This document shows positions 58,570 to 64,000 of a DNA stretch of 64,000 bases, piece by piece; within the stretch, counting starts at the first letter, position 1; every line of letters starts with the position of its first letter. The stretch lies in NCBI RefSeq assembly GCF_045037415.1, contig NZ_CP173438.1. The stretch is one strand, 5' to 3'. The notes under the pieces are model-generated. The model made no database searches and was not told the DNA's origin. It was given only the letters and a program-made list of their open reading frames with translations. The DNA is from Escherichia coli (GTDB lineage: Bacteria; Pseudomonadota; Gammaproteobacteria; Enterobacterales; Enterobacteriaceae). A program made the translations under genes and the position numbers.

Positions 58570-59565
58570 TTAACGCTTATCCGCCACCAGTTTGAGCGCG
58601 TGTTCCAGCACATTAATGTCTGCACCCGCTTTATGGGCATTTTCACTTAAATAACGTCGCCACTGCCGCGCGCCAGGAATACCCTGGAACAAGCCCAGCA
58701 TATGCCGGGTAATATGGCCGAGATACGTCCCCTGGCTGAGTTCACGCTCAATGTACGGATACATGGCGCGCACTACCGCCACCGGATCGGCATCGGTATC
58801 CGAGGAACCAAAAATCTCTCGGTCTACCGCCGCCAGAATCCCCGGATTCTGATACGCCTCGCGCCCGACCATCACGCCATCCATATGTTGCAAATGCGCT
58901 TTAGCTTCTTCCAGCGACTTGATACCACCGTTAATCGACATCGTCAGATGCGGAAAGTCACGCTTCAGTTGATACACACGCGGATAATCGAGCGGCGGGA
59001 TCTCACGGTTTTCTTTCGGACTTAACCCAGAAAGCCAGGCTTTACGTGCGTGGATGATGAACATCTCACACTCACCTTTGCCGGAAACGGTGTTGATGAA
59101 ATCGCAGAGAAATTCATAGCTGTCCTGATCATCGATGCCAATACGCGTTTTCACCGTCACCGGAATCGACACCACATCGCGCATCGCTTTCACGCAGTCG
59201 GCAACCAGCTGCGCATTACCCATCAGACACGCACCAAACATGCCGTTCTGCACCCGGTCAGACGGGCAGCCGACATTCAGGTTGATCTCATCATATCCGC
59301 GCGCTTCTGCCAGCTTCGCACACTGTGCCAGCGCCGCCGGATCGCTACCCCCGAGTTGCAACGCTACCGGATGTTCTTCTTCACTGTACGCCAGGTAATC
59401 ACCTTTACCGTGAATAATCGCCCCTGTGGTCACCATTTCGGTATACAGCAACGTATTGCGGGAAAGCAGACGCAGGAAATAACGGCAATGTCTGTCCGTC
59501 CAGTCAAGCATCGGGGCAATCGAGAAACGGTAAGCGGGATAAACAGTGTGTGATTCTGCTGGCAT
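58570..59565 (-). CDS. dusA: tRNA-dihydrouridine synthase A
   Basis: 331-aa TIM-barrel ORF with [19 protein letters not shown] start region. Confidence 0.9.
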   Translation of the reverse strand: MPAESHTVYPAYRFSIAPMLDWTDRHCRYFLRLLSRNTLLYTEMVTTGAIIHGKGDYLAYSEEEHPVALQLGGSDPAALAQCAKLAEARGYDEINLNVGCPSDRVQNGMFGACLMGNAQLVADCVKAMRDVVSIPVTVKTRIGIDDQDSYEFLCDFINTVSGKGECEMFIIHARKAWLSGLSPKENREIPPLDYPRVYQLKRDFPHLTMSINGGIKSLEEAKAHLQHMDGVMVGREAYQNPGILAAVDREIFGSSDTDADPVAVVRAMYPYIERELSQGTYLGHITRHMLGLFQGIPGARQWRRYLSENAHKAGADINVLEHALKLVADKR

Positions 59566-59720
59566 GGCGACTTTTTAAGCATCTGGTAAATTGGGGGCGC
59601 TACTATAGCATAACGAATATGCGATCAGGCAATGTGACAGCCATGACACCCTGTTCTCGGCGTTTAAGTGAGAACTATGGTAAAGTAAGGACATTCTTAA
59701 CCCCACTGTCGAGGTGCCCA

Positions 59721-60236
59721 ATGGAAAAGACCACAACGCAGGAGTTATTAGCGCAGGCTGAAAAAATCTGCGCACAGCGTAATGTGCGCCTGACCCCACA
59801 GCGTCTCGAAGTGTTGCGCCTGATGAGTCTGCAGGATGGCGCTATCAGCGCTTATGATCTGCTTGATTTGCTGCGCGAAGCTGAACCGCAAGCCAAGCCG
59901 CCAACGGTTTATCGCGCGCTGGAGTTTCTGCTTGAACAAGGTTTTGTGCATAAGGTGGAATCCACCAACAGTTATGTGCTCTGTCATCTGTTCGATCAGC
60001 CCACCCATACTTCAGCCATGTTTATTTGCGATCGCTGCGGCGCGGTGAAAGAAGAATGTGCTGAAGGCGTGGAAGACATCATGCATACGCTGGCGGCAAA
60101 AATGGGTTTTGCCCTGCGGCATAATGTTATTGAAGCACATGGATTATGTTCAGCATGTGTAGAAGTAGAAGCGTGTCGTCATCCTGAACAGTGCCATCAT
60201 GACCACTCTATTCAGGTGAAAAAGAAACCTCGCTAA
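59721..60236 (+). CDS. zur: Zinc uptake regulator (Fur family)
   Basis: 171 aa from MEKTTTQELLAQAEKICAQRNVRLTPQRLEVL with C-terminal Cys/His cluster; ORF-track start lies 57 codons upstream. Confidence 0.93.
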   Translation: MEKTTTQELLAQAEKICAQRNVRLTPQRLEVLRLMSLQDGAISAYDLLDLLREAEPQAKPPTVYRALEFLLEQGFVHKVESTNSYVLCHLFDQPTHTSAMFICDRCGAVKEECAEGVEDIMHTLAAKMGFALRHNVIEAHGLCSACVEVEACRHPEQCHHDHSIQVKKKPR

Positions 60237-60277
60237 AAGGGTGTACATCCTTGTACATGTCGGGCAGGAGGGATTAA

Positions 60278-60487
60278 TTACCAGCGGTAATCATGGCGTT
60301 TTTCCCAACTATCAACCTCTTTTTCTGCCTGATCTTTCTGATAACCGTAGCGTTCCTGGATTTTACCCACTAACTGATCACGTTTTCCTTCAATGATCGT
60401 CATATCATCATCGGTCAGTTTGCCCCATTGCTCTTTCACTTTACCTTTAAACTGTTTCCAGTTACCGCCGGCTTCATCTTTATTCAT
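60278..60487 (-). CDS. yjbJ: CsbD-family stress protein YjbJ
   Basis: 69 aa from MNKDEAGGNWKQFKGKVKEQWGKLTDDD. Confidence 0.85.
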   Translation of the reverse strand: MNKDEAGGNWKQFKGKVKEQWGKLTDDDMTIIEGKRDQLVGKIQERYGYQKDQAEKEVDSWEKRHDYRW

Positions 60488-60602
60488 AATCAAGACCTCA
60501 TCGTTAGGTTGTGAATGAGAGTACGTTCACTTTTCTTCTGAACGTGAGATTAAGTGTAGTCAGCAATTTGGCTTAGGATTATTTATTCAGAATTTTTAAC
60601 CG

Positions 60603-61982
60603 TCACGTTGCGACAAACCAGGTATCGTTACGCCAGTGACGCCGCCAGATAGCCGCCAGAGAAAGCCCGCGTAACGCCAGAAAGACGGTTAACGCCAGCC
60701 ACAAACCATGATTCCCCAGCCACGGCAGCGTAAGGAGCGTCAGTGCAAAACCTGCGGCGGCCACCGCCATACTGTTACGCATTTCGGCGGCACGCGTTGC
60801 GCCTATAAACATGCCGTCCAGCAGATAACACCAGACGCCGACCAACGGCAAAATCACCTGCCAGATAAGATAGCGGTCAGCCAGCTGCTGAATCTGGGTT
60901 AACGACGTCAGCAACGCAATGATGTGTTCCCCTGCCAGCAAATAAACCACCGAAAACAGTAACGCTACGATCCCCGACTGGCGGCACGCTGCCCGCCAGA
61001 CATCCAGCAATTGACTACCGTCGCGCGCACCGTATGCCTGACCGGAATGTGCTTCAACCGCGTAGGCAAAACCATCCAGCGCATAGGCGGTAAAGGTGAG
61101 TAGCGTCATCAGAACCGCGTTAACAGCGATAATGTCACTCCCCAGTCGCGCGCCAAGTACAGTGATCGCGCCGAAACAGAGTTGCAGCAACAGCGAGCGC
61201 AGCATGATATCGCGGTTAAGCGCCAGCAAGTGACGGAAGTTTCCTCGCCAGGCTGTTTTCAGCATTTCGCCGGAGATTCCGCGTAGTTTGAGAATTTTAC
61301 GCACCATTAGCAGACCAATCAGCAATGTTGCATATTCCGCAATAACCGTCGCCAGAGCCGCGCCCTGCACGTTCATATGCAGCCCCATCACCAGCCAGAC
61401 ATCCAGCACAATGTTGAGGATATTGCCGACCACTAACAAAATTACTGGCGCACGGGCATATTGCACGCCGAGTAACCAGCCAAGTAATACCAGATTCGCC
61501 AGCGACGCCGGTGCGCTTAACCAGCGGATTTCAAGAAAGCGTCGCGCCTGTTCCAGGACTGCTTCACTACCACCAACAATATGCAGCGCCAGATCGATAA
61601 TCGGCGTACGCAGCAGCGCAATTAACGCCCCGGCCCCCAACGCCAACAGCAACGGTTGCACCAGCGCACGGGCTAATGCCTGAGGATTTTTGGCACCATA
61701 AGCCTGTGCAGTCAGCCCGGTGGTGCTCATGCGTAAAAACAGCAACAACATAAAGAGAAAGCTGGTCGCCGTTGCACCAACCGCCACGCCGCCTAAATAA
61801 ACCGGACTATCAAGATGACCAATTACCGCCGTATCGACCAGTCCCAGCAACGGAACGGTGATATTGGAGAAAATCATGGGTAAGGCGAGATGCCAGAGTG
61901 CTTTATCAGATGAAGTGAGGAATGCCATGCAGACAAGCCTGATGAAGAGAGATGAAAAACAAACCGCGACGCCAGGCGGCAT
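60603..61982 (-). CDS. dinF: MATE-family efflux protein DinF (SOS-inducible, co-transcribed with lexA)
   Basis: 459-aa polytopic ORF directly downstream of lexA on the same strand. Confidence 0.9.
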   Translation of the reverse strand: MPPGVAVCFSSLFIRLVCMAFLTSSDKALWHLALPMIFSNITVPLLGLVDTAVIGHLDSPVYLGGVAVGATATSFLFMLLLFLRMSTTGLTAQAYGAKNPQALARALVQPLLLALGAGALIALLRTPIIDLALHIVGGSEAVLEQARRFLEIRWLSAPASLANLVLLGWLLGVQYARAPVILLVVGNILNIVLDVWLVMGLHMNVQGAALATVIAEYATLLIGLLMVRKILKLRGISGEMLKTAWRGNFRHLLALNRDIMLRSLLLQLCFGAITVLGARLGSDIIAVNAVLMTLLTFTAYALDGFAYAVEAHSGQAYGARDGSQLLDVWRAACRQSGIVALLFSVVYLLAGEHIIALLTSLTQIQQLADRYLIWQVILPLVGVWCYLLDGMFIGATRAAEMRNSMAVAAAGFALTLLTLPWLGNHGLWLALTVFLALRGLSLAAIWRRHWRNDTWFVAT

Positions 61983-61999
61983 CGCGGTTCAGAGATATG

Positions 62000-62608
62000 T
62001 TACAGCCAGTCGCCGTTGCGAATAACCCCAACCGCCAGCCCCTCAATGGTGAAGCTCTGCTGACGAAGGTCAACGACAATTGGTTTAAACTCGCTGTTTT
62101 CTGGCAACAGTTCGACTTTATTGCCCTGTTTTTTCAGGCGTTTAACGGTAACTTCGTCATCAATACGTGCGACAACGACCTGACCGTTACGTACATCCTG
62201 AGTTTTATGCACTGCCAGCAAATCGCCATCCATAATGCCGATATCTTTCATCGACATCCCGCTGACACGCAGCAGGAAATCAGCATTCGGCTTGAACAAG
62301 GAAGGATCGACCTGATAATGACCTTCAATATGCTGTTGCGCCAGAAGCGGTTCACCGGCAGCCACACGACCTACCAGCGGCAACCCTTCTTCCTCTTCCT
62401 GCAATAAACGAATCCCGCGTGATGCGCCGGAAACAATTTCAATAACGCCTTTGCGTGCCAGCGCCTTCAGATGTTCTTCAGCCGCGTTTGGGGAACGGAA
62501 CCCCAAACGCTGCGCGATTTCCGCACGCGTCGGCGGCATACCTGTCTGGCTGATGTGATCACGGATGAGATCAAACACCTCTTGTTGCCTGGCCGTTAAC
62601 GCTTTCAT
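62000..62608 (-). CDS. lexA: SOS repressor LexA
   Basis: 202-aa [42 protein letters not shown] with Ser-Lys peptidase domain. Confidence 0.98.
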   Translation of the reverse strand: MKALTARQQEVFDLIRDHISQTGMPPTRAEIAQRLGFRSPNAAEEHLKALARKGVIEIVSGASRGIRLLQEEEEGLPLVGRVAAGEPLLAQQHIEGHYQVDPSLFKPNADFLLRVSGMSMKDIGIMDGDLLAVHKTQDVRNGQVVVARIDDEVTVKRLKKQGNKVELLPENSEFKPIVVDLRQQSFTIEGLAVGVIRNGDWL

Positions 62609-62616
62609 TCCGCCCC

Positions 62617-62653
62617 CTGGGTGTATATACAGTTATGCTGTGAGTATATACAG
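62617..62653. promoter_or_regulatory. Two tandem LexA boxes in the lexA promoter
   Basis: CTGGGTGTATATACAG (62617-62632) and CTGTGAGTATATACAG (62638-62653) just upstream of the lexA start. Confidence 0.9.
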
Positions 62654-62717
62654 CAAAAGGCGATTTTGGAACCATAAACTGCACAATAAACCAGAGATTT
62701 ATCGAAATCTGGAAGGG

Positions 62718-63086
62718 TTATCCAAAATGCGACCATAACAGGATGCACCAGGTAATCACGGCGACGATAATGGCAATCAGCACTGCGGCAGATCCCATAT
62801 CTTTAGCGCGTCCGGAAAGCTCATGGTATTCAGAGCCAATTCGGTCAACCACAGCTTCGATGGCGCTATTGAGAATTTCCACAATCATCACCAGCATCAC
62901 GGAGCTGATAAGCAGCACGCGGGTAATCGCGTCCACATCCAGCCAGCAGGCGATAACCACCGCTAACAATACCGCTACGCCTTCCTGACGGAATGCCGCT
63001 TCGTTGATCCATGCAGCGCGTAAACCTTTCCAGGAATAGCCAGCAGCTTTAATAATTCGGATGAATCCAGTGGTATTATTGGCCAT
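62718..63086 (-). CDS. dgkA: Diacylglycerol kinase
   Basis: 122-aa three-TM ORF MANNTTGFIRIIKAAGYSWKGLRAAWINEAAFRQEG. Confidence 0.95.
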   Translation of the reverse strand: MANNTTGFIRIIKAAGYSWKGLRAAWINEAAFRQEGVAVLLAVVIACWLDVDAITRVLLISSVMLVMIVEILNSAIEAVVDRIGSEYHELSGRAKDMGSAAVLIAIIVAVITWCILLWSHFG

Positions 63087-63256
63087 TGAAAGAACCTTTT
63101 TACATTATGAGCGTCAATATCAGTGTACCGTTAAATCCGATGATTCGGGTTTGCGTAACGCCGCGCGAAACATGAGCGGATACCACAGAATTTCCCATGA
63201 CTTTCTGCTATCCTTGCCGCGCATTTGCATTATTAACCAGAGGCTTTACATCGTTT

Positions 63257-64000
63257 ATGTCCGGCTGGCCACGAATTTACTACAAATTACTGAATTTACC
63301 ATTAAGCATCCTGGTAAAAAGCAAGTCTATTCCGGCGGATCCTGCCCCGGAACTGGGGCTGGATACCTCTCGTCCAATTATGTACGTTTTACCGTACAAC
63401 TCGAAAGCTGACTTGCTGACGTTGCGCGCCCAGTGTCTGGCACATGACCTGCCTGACCCGTTAGAACCGCTGGAAATCGACGGCACGCTACTGCCGCGCT
63501 ATGTGTTCATTCACGGCGGGCCGCGTGTGTTCACCTATTACACGCCGAAAGAAGAGTCTATTAAGCTGTTCCACGACTATCTCGATTTGCACCGCAGCAA
63601 CCCAAATCTGGATGTGCAGATGGTGCCAGTATCGGTGATGTTTGGTCGCGCGCCGGGGCGTGAAAAAGGCGAAGTGAACCCGCCGCTGCGTATGCTTAAC
63701 GGCGTACAGAAATTTTTCGCTGTACTGTGGCTCGGTCGCGACAGTTTTGTGCGTTTCTCGCCGTCAGTTTCACTGCGCCGTATGGCGGATGAACACGGCA
63801 CGGATAAAACTATCGCTCAGAAACTGGCGCGCGTGGCGCGTATGCACTTTGCCCGTCAACGTCTGGCTGCCGTGGGTCCACGTCTGCCTGCTCGTCAGGA
63901 TCTGTTTAATAAGCTGCTCGCCTCCCGCGCCATTGCGAAAGCGGTAGAAGATGAAGCACGCAGCAAAAAAATCTCCCATGAAAAAGCGCAGCAGAACGCG
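63257..64000 (+). CDS. plsB: Glycerol-3-phosphate acyltransferase, 5' portion (runs off window end)
   Basis: Frame open from ATG 63257 to the window edge, translating [36 protein letters not shown]; absent from the ORF track because no stop lies in the window. Confidence 0.9.

Noticed and set aside
58194-58646. 150-aa ORF-track version of pspG
   Set aside because: The N-terminal 70 codons overlap the pspG promoter and dusA 3' region; recognised PspG is the C-terminal 80 aa from MLELLF.
58570-59720. dusA 5' region as site of an integrated element
   Set aside because: dusA appears full-length and abuts zur after 155 bp; no integrase, direct repeats or foreign genes seen.

Overview
Identification is by recognition from memory of protein sequences in the ORF track; no searches were run. 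The window is an Escherichia coli-like chromosomal segment, reversed relative to the K-12 map: yjcO, gltP, nrfGFEDCBA, acs-yjcH-actP, yjcE, ghxP(yjcD), soxR/soxS, pdeC, yjcB, ssb, uvrA, yjbR, yjbQ, aphA, tyrB, alr, dnaB, qorA, pspG, dusA, zur, yjbJ, dinF, lexA, dgkA and the 5' part of plsB. Several accessory blocks that I do not recall at these loci in K-12 sit on this backbone: (1) a peptide/nickel-type ABC transporter at the window start; (2) a LysR regulator divergent from an LrgA/LrgB pair between actP and yjcE; (3) a ~14 kb island between aphA and tyrB with a sensor kinase, a sigma-54 regulator, a transporter, an Ldh_2-family dehydrogenase and a second 2-oxoglutarate dehydrogenase / succinyl-CoA synthetase operon, which I believe matches the KguS/KguR alpha-ketoglutarate island of uropathogenic E. 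coli; (4) a PnuC plus NadR-like module between tyrB and alr; (5) a ~7 kb module between dnaB and qorA (LacI regulator, CoA-transferase-like protein, crotonase-fold enzyme, NRAMP-fold permease, fumarate-reductase-like flavoprotein). Block 5 is the best candidate for an uncharacterised catabolic system. Also notable: an apparent 1-bp insertion that frameshifts the start of nrfC, candidate sigma-54 promoters in the aphA-tyrB island, LexA and SoxR operators, and REP repeat arrays.
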